Positions 1-14,217 of a stretch of 64,000 nt of DNA are shown here, in pieces. The notes under the pieces were generated by a model. The model was not told the origin of the DNA. It did not search any database and saw only the letters and a list, made by a program, of their open reading frames with translations. The first letter of the stretch is position 1; each line of letters opens with the position of its first letter. The DNA is from Eledone cirrhosa (lineage: Eukaryota): contig OZ024744.1 in NCBI GenBank assembly GCA_964016885.1, positions 92,008,001 to 92,072,000 of the forward strand, given 5' to 3'. The position numbers and the translations under genes were made by a program.

Positions 1-166
1 TTGATTGTACTTGTTGCATAATGTTCTATCTATAACTCTTAGAAACTCTTATAAATCTTGATGGTGTCAGTAAGGGGTGTCGTAGTCATTGATATATAAT
101 GCACAGTGTCTTTCTTGGCCAACGTTTAAAGTATGGTCCGGGGTTTGGCGGTGTTTGGGACAGATT

Positions 167-181
167 GAGAGAGACAGAGAG

Positions 182-230
<49 letters not shown>

Positions 231-270
231 AAGAGAGAGAAAGAGAGAGGGAGAGGGAGAGAGAGAAAGA

Positions 271-363
<93 letters not shown>

Positions 364-375
364 TGACAGAGAGAG

Positions 376-463
<88 letters not shown>

Positions 464-486
464 ATATCTATCTATCTATCTATCTA
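167..486. repeat. Compound microsatellite (GA)n-(GT)n-(CTAT)n
   Basis: Direct reading. The (CTAT)n block 377-486 abuts the truncated 5' end of Tx1 copy 1. Confidence 0.95.
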
Positions 487-487
487 T

Positions 488-3400
488 GTCCTCAGCTAAC
501 TGCAAGAAAAAAAGGCTCTACTGCCAATACCCAAAACAACAACACAACCACCATAGCAACAACAACACACAAAAATAACCAAAACAAGAACAACAAACCA
601 AACCGAAAGCACAGTCCCACCCAACCCCACTCCACCTAAAACCACTGCAAAAACACCCACAAACACAACAGTTCCCCCAAAACACACCCCTCCCAAATAA
701 CACAGACGTCACAACGGACGAGGCCCCCTCATCATCACCAAGTGACGATGAGGGAGAGCCTCTCCGTTCGAAAAGAAAGAAGAAAAGACACCACAAGAAC
801 AAAAAAGCAACAAACAACACTACAAACATACAACCACCAACACAAACAACACAAACAACACAAACATTACAAACAAAACCCCCCCCCCCCCCCGTCCCGA
901 AACAAAACCACGACATGACTTCAAACACAAACACCTACAACAAAACGAAAGCTCACACAAGAACAACAGACAAAAACCAATACAATACAACAACAACATT
1001 ACACATACATAAACACCGAAAACAAAACTTTAATGGAGGTCATCTCCAACGACCCTTCGGTGAAAACCGAAGGGAAAACTTTTTCGAATTGTTTAGACAG
1101 ACCCAATTTAATAATGATTAGGGTCTCTACGGACACCTATAAGTCTATAAAGAAAAACTGTTCTAGGGACGTGGGTAATCCTTGCGTTAAACCCATTAAC
1201 CGCATCCTTTTAAAATGTTTCCCCACCCTCACCCCAGACACCCCACCCCACCAGACACTCCTCCCCACCAAACACCTCCTCCCCCACCCCGCCAGAAACC
1301 ACCACCCTACCAAACAACTCCTCCAACACCCCCATGGAAATCGTGCGACCTGGTCTCCCGGAAGCGAAAAGGTGAGTGAATTCTATTCCTTTTCTTTTCC
1401 AACTCTTCCTCACCGACATGGCGAATATAAGAGTCGGATCTGTAAATGTGCGCGGCCTGGGGATGCCCTGGAAACAGGGCAAACTCTTAAACGACCTCAG
1501 GTCGCACTGTATGGATGTGGTAGTCGTTTGCGAGTCCAGGATCCACAACGAGCGGCAGCTGGCCCTCATCTTCGACGACTTTGAGATCTACGCATCTCTC
1601 TGTCAGCCGGGAGGTGGGGGCGGGGTTGCCGTTTTGCTGCGGAAACACCTGGACCTCGAAACACAGACGGCTTATCTGGACCCAGAGGGTCAACTGGTGG
1701 TCCTAGACGTCAGCAGTGGTGAAGGTGCAGCCTTCAGACTGGTGGCCGTGTATGCCCCAACCGGGACTTGCGGCCAGACTTCTTCAAACGTCTAGAGACT
1801 TTTCTGGGAACGTGCCGTTCCTTGCATTTAGTGGGGGACTGGAATGGCATCCTAGACGTACGATGGGATTATGTGGGAGCATGTCCCGATAGAGGGGGGT
1901 GTAACAGCCTCAAACAGTTAATCGGCAGATTCCAACAGGCCGATAGATACCGACTAGATTTCCCGACTGCGCCATTGTGGACGTGGACGAACCTTAGCGG
2001 GACATCTAGATCGTAATTAAAGATAGGGATAGGGACATGTTAAGCTGTCCACGCATGTTCATGGTTGCCTATTCGGATCACAAGCTAGTGACCTGCATAA
2101 TAAACCTTGATAGAACCTATAGGCAGGGACCCGACTACTGGAAGCTGAACTTGTCGTTACCGACACGCAAAGCCTACAGTAAACGGATTAGCACTTTAGT
2201 TAAGAAACAGTTGACAGGGGCCATCGTCAACAACAGGTGGTGGTGCTCTCTCAAGAGAGCAATTAGATTAGAGTCGATAGCCTTTAGTAAAGAACTAGCG
2301 ATAGAAAGAAATAAAACGGAAAAAAAGCTAGTAGATAAAGTAGAAGAGGCAATTAGAAGTGGCAGCGTAGCTAGCGTGATAGCGATGAGAACGGCCTTGG
2401 ACCAGTTCTTCGACGCGAAACACGAAGGTTGCGTTGTCAGGAGCCAAACACGTGCTCTGGGGAACGAGGGAGCCAAAGCTGTTGGCTGGGCCCGAGTGAC
2501 GGAGGCGAAAAGTGGCAACAAGTCCTAGATTCGGTCTTTCAAAGACCAAGACCGACGTGTGCTACTTGAACCGAAGCAGCGACACTTTGCACAGCTGTTC
2601 GGGCAGGGCGGGCGCGCCGGGAGAGGCTATGGATTTCGGTCCATACCTCGACGGCCTGTCGCGATTCTCGGACAGGGAGGCAAAGTTCTGCGAAAGGCGA
2701 ACCGCAAATCGCAAGGTCTCGACGGTCTACCCTACGAATTTTACGTAGCAATGCCGGACCTGTTCTCCGGCCTCCTCGAAGCGGTCTACTGCAACTGGCA
2801 GCAGAACGGGAGAATTCACAATTCTGTGACCAAGGACGTAGTCACGCTGATCAGGAAGGACGAGAACAAGGGGGACGACATTAATAACTTTAGGCCCATA
2901 ACTCTGCTAAACACAGAGTTACAGATTTTGGCCAAGGTGTTAGCAACAAGGCTGGCGCTTGTCGTCGAAAACCTGGTGGGAGAAACGCAGACGGGGGCAA
3001 TCCCGACCAGGTCCATACACTACAACCTCCACCTCAGGCGATACATCGTAGAGAGGGTAGGGTGTGAACCCGGCTTCGGTGGGGCTCTGATCAATTTGGA
3101 TCAGTCTAAGGCGTTCGATAGGGTCGACCATTGATACATGGATGCGGCGGAAGGCTTCGGACCCGTTTTCAGAGGCTGGATTGCTGCCATGCACAGCAGC
3201 ATCTGCTCAAGGGTCAAGGTGAATGGCTACCTCTCGGAGCCGTTCCAAATCACGCGATCTCTTCTCCCTTCTGTACGTGCTGACTCTCGAGCCACTACTG
3301 CGGAAGTTGGAGCTGCTGTAGGACATCCCATTGGAACCGGGACTGCGAAAAACAGCGTCAGCCTACGCCGACGACGTTACAGTAATGGTGTCGAGCACCT

Positions 3401-4972
3401 CGCAAATCGGGGAGGTCGGCAACTGAAGGAATACGAAAGGTTCACAGGAGCGAAGCTGAACCGGGACAAGTCCGTCGGTTTGCAACTCGGAACGTGGAGA
3501 AGCAAACCGATGCCTTCCGACGGCGTCGTCGGACGCTGGACGGAAGGACCGATGAAGTTGCTCGGGTTCTGGTTCGGCCCGGACCTCCAGGTGGAGAAAA
3601 ACTGGAACGAGGTGACGGCCAAGGTGTTTGCACTCGCCCACAAGTGGACCGAGTGCAAACTATCCTTGAAAGGTCGAGCGGAGGTGGCGAACACTTTCAT
3701 AGCGTCCGTCATCTACTACCGCTTGACCGTCGTGCCTTGTCCACGTAAAACGCTCACCAAAATGGAGCGCGCGTTCTTCTAATTCCTTTGGAAGAAGCGG
3801 GCTCCTTTGGTGAGAAGGTCTATCTGCTGTCAACACCCTTCCAACGGAGGGCTGGGGATGCCGTGGCTGACGATGCTCAAACACGCGCTCAGGCTGCGGC
3901 ACCTCCACGTATTCCTCACCAGACAACCGGTGTGGGCCCCGTTCGTGAGGCGAGCCTTCCCACGACTCGTCTCGCTGACGGCGCTGCAGTCCTGGGTCAA
4001 GTAAAGACCGTAGAAAATGGGCGACTGGCACATCGAATGTGCTCAGGTGCTCACAGTCCTCTGGTAGGCGGACCCAGCAATCAGTGGAGACTCCACCTCG
4101 TCATTCTATAAAGGGTTGGTGCGCAGCAAGTGCGACGACACTCTCGGGGAAACTCTAGGCGTAGAGGAAGACGAACTGGCCAGTCTGTTCGGTAGGACCT
4201 TCCGCCCGGGACAGATGGACAACTTCCAAAGTCCCTAGCCTGGAAGTGCTACCGAGGAGCTCTACCCGTTCGAGACAAGCTCTACAGACACGGATGCCCG
4301 GGCAGGTATCCCTCGAAAAAGATCTGTCCGAGATGCGTGCGAGACGAGGAAACCGTCGCGCACGCATTCGTACACTGCCCGGACGTTACCGACCTGTGGA
4401 GCTATGCAGAACGGCTACTGTCGCGGGTGGGACAAATCCAGTTGACCACCGAGTCCATTATTACGATCAAACCACCACCTTCCTTCAAAAACGAAGGAGA
4501 GGCGGTTTTCCCCTGTGTAATGGCTATGGTAAAAGAGGTTATATGGTGGACGAGGCTGAAAGGGCTGAGGTTAGACGCCTTTCTCTCCGACGAACAACTG
4601 GTTCGCTTCTTCAAATACCACTTCAGAAGAAGAATCAGAGCCCAGCAAATTTTCCGAAAGGTGGATGAATGTGGCAAGAATAGCCCGAGTGGTTGGGCCT
4701 TCTCTCTATATAAACCTGTAGGTTGAGGAAAAATAGGAAGAGAGGAAAGGAACGCTCACTCTTCGTGCACCTGGAGATGAGGGTTGTACATTTTTTCGGG
4801 GTGTGTACAACCCATGTGTAACGCCTCCCCTCTATTTGGGATTTCGATTGTTAAATTTAATATTATTGTTATTAATTCTTTTTCTTTATATGCATGTATG
4901 TAAACTCTCCACTATATGTATGTATTTGCATTTGTCCCCATCTTTTTGCGCCCTTGTCGCGAATAAAGAAAT
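488..4972 (+). mobile_element. Tx1/L1-clade non-LTR retrotransposon copy 1, 5'-truncated within ORF1, decayed
   Basis: ORF1 C-terminal remnant; ORF2 fragments with APE motifs (SVNVRG, CESR, VYAP, VGDWNG, YSDH) and RT motifs (GLDGLPYEFY, FRPITLLN, LDQSKAFDRVDH, YADD); 3' UTR ends AATAAAGAAAT before (TATC)n. Collinear with copies 2 and 3. Confidence 0.9.
1418..4726 (+). pseudogene. ORF2 (APE endonuclease + reverse transcriptase + C-terminal Zn finger) of Tx1 copy 1, many frameshifts and stops
   Basis: Successive ORF-track pieces 1376-1795, 1768-2016, 2037-2528, 2559-3134, 3138-3782, 3807-4004, 4337-4726. Confidence 0.88.

Positions 4973-5054
<82 letters not shown>
4973..5054. repeat. (TATC)n microsatellite separating Tx1 copies 1 and 2
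   Basis: About 20 units of TATC, read directly. Confidence 0.95.
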
Positions 5055-5055
<1 letters not shown>

Positions 5056-5272
5056 GGTAGCTGGACGCACACAATTTTGCTGGTAAGTTTCTGTCAATTT
5101 ATTTACAAAAGACAGAAATTCTTGTTTAAAAAAACCCATTGTTTTGTAGATTAACTCCCAGGCTGAATTGTCAGCTGGGTGGCAATCTCATTTTTCACCC
5201 CCACAGGGGCGAAAATTTAATTTGAAATTAATTTGAAAACTGTTAAAATTTTTTAATATTTTGCCATCAGCT

Positions 5273-7161
5273 ATGGCAAGCGTACAAAGAACGCGAGCGA
5301 ACGTTGAAGAAGGAAAAAGAAAAGAAGAAATAGACTTTAACGTTGCTAAGAACTTTGCCTGTATCGATGTGGTTAACAACAAAGTTTTGTGTAACGAAAG
5401 TGAAGTAGACAACACAAACAAAATTGAATCGCACAGTAAACTACACAGTATACAACACACACTAAAATCAACAGAAAAAACAATTGACACAACTACAAAC
5501 GGAAAACTCGACAACCACAACAACAACAACAACAACACCAAAAAAATAACTTTTACAAAAACAGTCACAAATAATAATAATGTTACCCCTAACTCCGCAT
5601 GTATTGGCGTCACCATGGAAACCAATATGGACAACAAAAGTAAAGACAAAATCGAACCACACATGGTACAACAGACAGAAAAAAACAACAGAAAATAAAA
5701 CCGAAAAACCGACAATCACAACAACAACACCAAAAAAAACCTTTTGCGCAAACAGTCATCAAGACACAAGAGTTCAAGGATCTCGATATCTCCAATGCGA
5801 AACAGATGCTCTCTGAAGCAAAGGAGTTTATCACTTTCGGTGAAAACAGTGGATTTCAGATAAACTCACCCCCAGAAATTCGTCTGGAAACATTCCGAAG
5901 GACAATTACCGCCAGAACTGTTTCAAATGAAACAAAACGATCAGCATTCCTCAGTCAAGGGGAAATTGAGGCAATCTTGAAAGAGATATTGCCAGACATT
6001 GACTTTATGCAGAGGGCCAAACAGTACGGGAGTATTTCAGTACTCCTCAAAAGCGAGGCCCTTGCACAAAGATACTCAGTGACACCAATACTGTAAAAAA
6101 AAATACATCTTTTTCCCTACATACCTAGGAAAAAGGACACAAAAAATTAGAGTTTCAAATATACCACCAAATATTAATATTTGGTGGATATTGGCAGGAT
6201 TTTTAGAGGAGAGAAAAGACATTATTTTCTCCATCAAAAAGTCAACCTGGTTTGGTACAAATTTGTAGATTATGGTGCAAATGAGCCCGGAAAGAATCTC
6301 CAAAATACCAGAAAAAGTGCTGCTGCCCTTTACAAACACGCTCAACCAAAACAATACAAAAGAAAACACTGTTACCAACACCAACACCAAAAAAAAAAAG
6401 ACACCACCACAACAACAACTCACGCAACAAGCAAACACACCAAAACAAACAGCGACTCAACCAACAACATCTGAAAAAACACAGACAACACCCCTGAAGA
6501 ACACAGCCCCACCCCATCCCACTCCATCAAACCCTACTACAAACAAACACCGAAACACCACCACCACACAACATACCCCTACCCCACACTCCTGACGATG
6601 ATTATTTATCGACAGATGAGGCTGCTTCTCCTTCTTTAAGTGAAGAAGGAGAGCCTCGGAAATCTAAAAAACAAAAAAGGAGACACCACAAAACCCCCAA
6701 AACTCCAATCACCAACACACAACCACAGACACAAACAACAACACAAACAACACCACGGTCAAACATCCCCCTACCAACAAAACCAACACCAACAACACCC
6801 CAAACACAAGAACCCACCATAAAAAACTCCCGGACGAACAACAAAGAAAACAACACAACAAAAACACAAACAACAATACGCATACATCAACACAAACAAC
6901 AAGAATTTGATGGAGGTCATCTCCCAAAACCCCAAGGTGGAGACGGATGGCAAAACATTCGTCAAAGCAGAATCGTCTCCACACCTTAAACTTATAAGGG
7001 TTTCTATGGAGATCTATAGTGTCCTGAAAAATAAATGTTCGTAGGACGTAGGGAACCCCTGCCAGAAACCCATCAACCGTGTCCTGCTAAAATGTTTCCC
7101 CACCCCACCCAGCGCCCAAATGGAGATTGAACAACCCGATCTCCAGGAAACGAAAAGGTAA
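5273..7161 (+). pseudogene. ORF1 of Tx1 copy 2 (frameshifted; zinc knuckle deleted)
   Basis: Pieces (INSPPEIR, KRTQKIR, VQMSPERI) match the 384-aa ORF1 of copy 3. Confidence 0.8.
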
Positions 7162-7203
7162 GTGCACCTTTTCGTCCTTTTTCTCCAAATCTTCTTCACC
7201 AAC

Positions 7204-10088
7204 ATGGCTAGTTTACGAGTTGGAAGCGTGAATGTGCGTGGCCTAGGGATGCCCTGGAAACAGGGCCAACTTTTAAACGACCTTAGGTGATACGGTATGG
7301 ATATGATAACCATCACCGAGTCCAGGATCCACAACAGGCAGCAACTAACCCCCATCTTCGACGACTTTGAGATCTACGCATCTCTCTGTCAGCCAGGAGG
7401 TGAAGGGGAAGTGGCTGTTATGTTTCGGAAGAACCTGGACGTCGAAGTACAGCAAGTACACTTGGACCCGGAGGGTAGACTGGTAGTCCTAGACGTGAAC
7501 AGTATTGGATGTGGAACCTTCAGACTGGTGGCCGTTTATGCCCCGACCGGGCAATCGCAATCACGGCCAGATTTCTTTAAGCGTCTAGAGTCTTTCATGG
7601 GAACGTCTCGCTCCTTACTTTTAGTGGGGGACTGGAATGGCATCCTAGATGCACGATGGGACTATGTGGGAGCATGTCCCAGTAGAGCGGGGTGCAACAG
7701 CCTCAAAACTTTAATCGGCCAATTCCAACTGGCTGATAGTTATCGACTGAATTTCTCGACTGCACCACAGTGGACGTGGGAAAACCGCAGCGCGACATCT
7801 AGATCGTATTTAGATAGGTTCTTCATTAGAGAAAGGGACAAGGAGATGTTAAGCTGTCCACGAATGCACATGGTTGCCTATTCAGATCACAAATTAGTAA
7901 TTTGCATAGTCAACCGTGATAGAACACATAGACAGGGACCCGGATACTGGAAGATGAACGTGTCGTTGCCGGCACGTAAAGCTTACAGTGAACGGATAAG
8001 TAGACTAGTCAAGCAACAGTTAACGGGAGCCACGATTCGGTCTTTGAAAGACCAAAACGGACGCGTGATACTTGACCCCAAACAAATGTGTGCGGCCTTT
8101 CAGCAGCACTTTGTGCGACTGTTTGAGCAGAACGACGGTGAGCCGAACGGGGCAATGGACTTTAGTTCATAACTCGAAGGCCTGCCGCGTCTCTCGAACA
8201 TGGACGCCGAGTTCTGCGAAAGACCGATCATGGACATTGAGATACGGGACGCTCTGGGCCGCTGCGAGAAACGCAAGTCACCCGATCTAGATGGTCTACC
8301 CTATGAGTTTTACTTATTCTCTGGCGTCCTCGAAGCCGTCTACTGCAATTGGCAACAGAACGGGAGGATTCCCAGTTCTGCAGGCAAGGGCGTAGTAACG
8401 CTGATCAGGAAAGACGAGAACAAGGGGGGCGAAATTAACAACTTCAGGCCCATAACTCTGCTCAACACAGAGTTAAAGATTTTGGCCAAGGTGCTAGCGA
8501 CGAGGTTGGCGCTTGTCGTCGAGAACCTGGTAGGGAAAGCGCAAACGTGTGCAATCCTGACCAGGTCCATACACGACAACCTCCACCTCATGCGATACAT
8601 CATAGAGAGGGTGGGTAGTAAACCCGGCTTCGGTGAGGCTCTGATCAATTTGGATTAGTCTAAGGCATTCGATAGGGTCGACCATCGTCGATACTTGGAA
8701 GCGGTTCTCAAGGCGGCCGGTTTCTGTCCCGTTTTCAGAGTCTGGATCGAGGCGATGCACACCAGCATCTGCTCGAGGGTCAAGGTGAACGGCTACCTAT
8801 CGGAGCCGTTCACAATCACGCGTTCCATTTGACAGGGGTGCCCTCTCCATTCTGTATTTATTGACTCTAGAGCCACTACTGCGGAAATTGGAGCTGTTGC
8901 AGGGCATCCCTCTAGAACCTGGACTGCGTAAAGCGGCGTCGGCTTATGCCGACGACGTGACGGTAATGGTGTCGAGCACCTTGGAAATCGGGGTGATCGG
9001 CAACTTACTGAAAGAATACGAAACGCTGACGAGAGAAAAGCTAAACCCGGACAAGTCTGTCGGTTTGCAACTCGGTACGTGGAGAGGCAAACCGATGACG
9101 TCCGACAGCGTCGTTGGACGTAGTATCCGTCATCTACTACCGCTTGACTGTCGTGCCTTGTCCCCGCGAACACCTCGCCAGATGGAACGCATGCTCTTCC
9201 AGTTTATGTAGAAGAAGCAGTCTCCGCTGGTGAGGAGATCCGTCTTCTCAGCACCCTTCTACCTTGGGAATGCCTTGGCTTATGATGAGTAAAACATGCG
9301 CTGAGGCTGCGGCATCTCTATATATTCCTCACCGACCCCCAACCGGTGAGGGCACCGTTTGTGAGACAGGCTTTCCCGCAGCTCGTCTCGCCGAAAACGA
9401 TGGGCGCCTGGCACGTTGAATGCACTCAGGCGCTCACAGTCCTCTGGCAAGCGAACACAGCAATCAGTGGAGACTCCACTTCGACACTCTATAGAGGGAT
9501 TGTACGTTACAAGGGCGACGATGTGCTCGGAGATACTCTGGGCGTCGAAGACGATGAGCTCACCAGTCTGTTTGGTAGGACTTTCCGCCCGGGCCCTATG
9601 GACAACTTCCAGAGGTCCCTGGCCTGGTAGTGCTACCGAGGAGCTCTACCAGTTCGTGACAAGATCTACAAGCACGGACGATGTACAGGCAGGGATCCTT
9701 CCAAGAGGACGTGTCCAAGATGCACGCAGGACATTGAAACCGTCCTGCACGCAATTGTATACTAACCGAACTGTGGAACTATGCAGAACAACTGCTGTCA
9801 CGTATGGGACAAATCCAGTTGACTGCCGAGTCCATAGTAACGATCAAACCGCTAGCCTCTTTCAAAAACGAAAGAGAGGCGGTTTTCGTCTGTACAGTGG
9901 CTATGGTGAAAGAAGTTATATGGTGGACGAGATTAAGAGGACTGAGGACAGATGCCTTTCTCTCCGGACAACAATTGATTCCCTTCTTTAAGTATCACTT
10001 TAGAAGGAGAATCAGAGTGGAGAGAGAGGCACTGCACTCCAGTAAATTTACTGAAAGGTGGGTGAATGTGGCAAAAATGGCCGAGTGA
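7204..10088 (+). pseudogene. ORF2 (APE + RT) of Tx1 copy 2, disrupted
   Basis: ORF-track pieces 7297-8172, 8200-8658, 8861-9211, 9346-9630, 9804-10088 with SYLDRF, YSDH, FRPITLLN, YADD. Confidence 0.88.
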
Positions 10089-10877
10089 TTGGGCCTTCTC
10101 TGTATATAAGCCTGTAGGTTAAAGAAGAGAGCAAAAGGAAGAAAGTTGAGGGTTGTTCTATCGACGGGGTATTAACAACCAATTTGTGGCGCTATTGGGG
10201 ATTTCGATTGTTGTAATTCTTTGTTTTATATTTTTTACACGACTGTATGTAAAATCCTCGGCATGTCTTTGTATTGTCCCCTTTTCTTGTGCGCCCTAAA
10301 GAAATCTATCTATCTATCCAGCTCTTCGTTTTTTTTAACTATCATATAATAGACATTACACCGCCTGGCCACTTTCCCTCTATTCGCCCTTATTTTTTCT
10401 ACACTTCAGTGTCATTTGTCTGCACGTTGGACTACAGTCCTTATTCTCTTCTGTTTTACTATTTTTCTCCTTTTTATATTTCCTCCCTTTGGCTAAGACC
10501 TTGTGCACTCTATATTTATGTAATTTACCTAAAAGCATAACTTGTCTCTGTCTGTTTTGTCGTCTCCCAATGTACATAGAAATGAATGGTACGACCTTAA
10601 TTCGCCGAAACCGTAGTGATTTTCAGAGGTTGACTGAAGAGATGGGACTGTCCGTCTTTCCGATGTTTTTTCCCATTGTCTTTGTCCTGGGGTCTCGGAA
10701 TATGCAACCTTTGTGCGTCCATCCCACGCCTCCCAGGACAAATTGCAGGCCCACTGCCAGTTTTTGCAGAATGAAATGGAGACTGCAATATATTTTTCGA
10801 ACAGGCCCCTCTACCCAAGGCTTGGATGCATCCCTTATTAACCCGCGCGAAGGACGGTGCGGTATGGTGATATTGTT

Positions 10878-10990
10878 CCAGCGCATTACTGGTGTCTCTT
10901 TTGTTGACTCCGTGGGGATGAAAGGCAATGCTGACCTTGGCGGGATTTGAGCTCGGAGAGTGGAGGGCCATAGCTCTATGCTGTAAAGCA
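10878..10990 (-). mobile_element. tRNA-derived SINE fragment (family of 62439-62623)
   Basis: Diverged match to the GGATGAAAGGCAAAGTCAACCTCGGCGGGATTTGAACTC core. Confidence 0.7.
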
Positions 10991-11106
10991 ATTATAATAA
11001 TACTGAACGGTAACACGAACGGCTTCAACTATACGAACTCTTTTGAAAGTCAACAGTTGACATAATCTTGTAATCTTGTATCAGTAATGACGGTATTATA
11101 TATATA

Positions 11107-13766
<2,660 letters not shown>

Positions 13767-13924
13767 GTGTGTGTGTGTGAGTGTGTGTGTGTGTAAGTAA
13801 GTAGCGTGTGTGTGTTTGTTTGTATGTATGAGTGTTGGTGTGCTCGCGCGTATGTATGTGTGTGTGTGCGCGTGTGTGTATGTCGTACGTATAAGTGTCA
13901 ATAAGTGAGCTTTTTCATGCACGT

Positions 13925-14200
13925 GGACATAGAAATAGTCGGGCTGGATGCCCCATTGCGCAGTTAAATCACTGGAAATGAAGAACCCCTAGCCCTTGTC
14001 AGGGCATTCTTCTAGGAGACGGCATCTCAGGAAACTGGGTTAACTCCGACATAAAACCTGCGGCTCAGTAATTACCGATGATGTTGATCTTTTCTTCTTT
14101 TCGGGTTATAGCTACTGTCGCTCAGAGAATGGGATTGGCTCAGTGCACAGCCTTTCCTCACTTTAAAAATATTCGTCACGCACAGGCATTGCACGATTGC
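13925..14200 (+). mobile_element. RTE-family 5' UTR fragment
   Basis: Shares GATGATGTTGA, GGGATTGG..TGCA..GCCTTT and CACAGGCATTGC blocks with 19443-19980 and the 54468-56359 units. Confidence 0.6.
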
Positions 14201-14217
14201 ATTAATTAATAATTATT

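Larger units (their letters stand above)
5055..10304 (+). mobile_element. Tx1/L1-clade LINE copy 2, apparently full-length, decayed, with internal deletions
   Basis: 5' UTR homologous to that of copy 3; ORF1 5273-7161; ORF2 7204-10088 with APE and RT motifs; ends TAAAGAAA before (TCTA)3. Confidence 0.9.
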
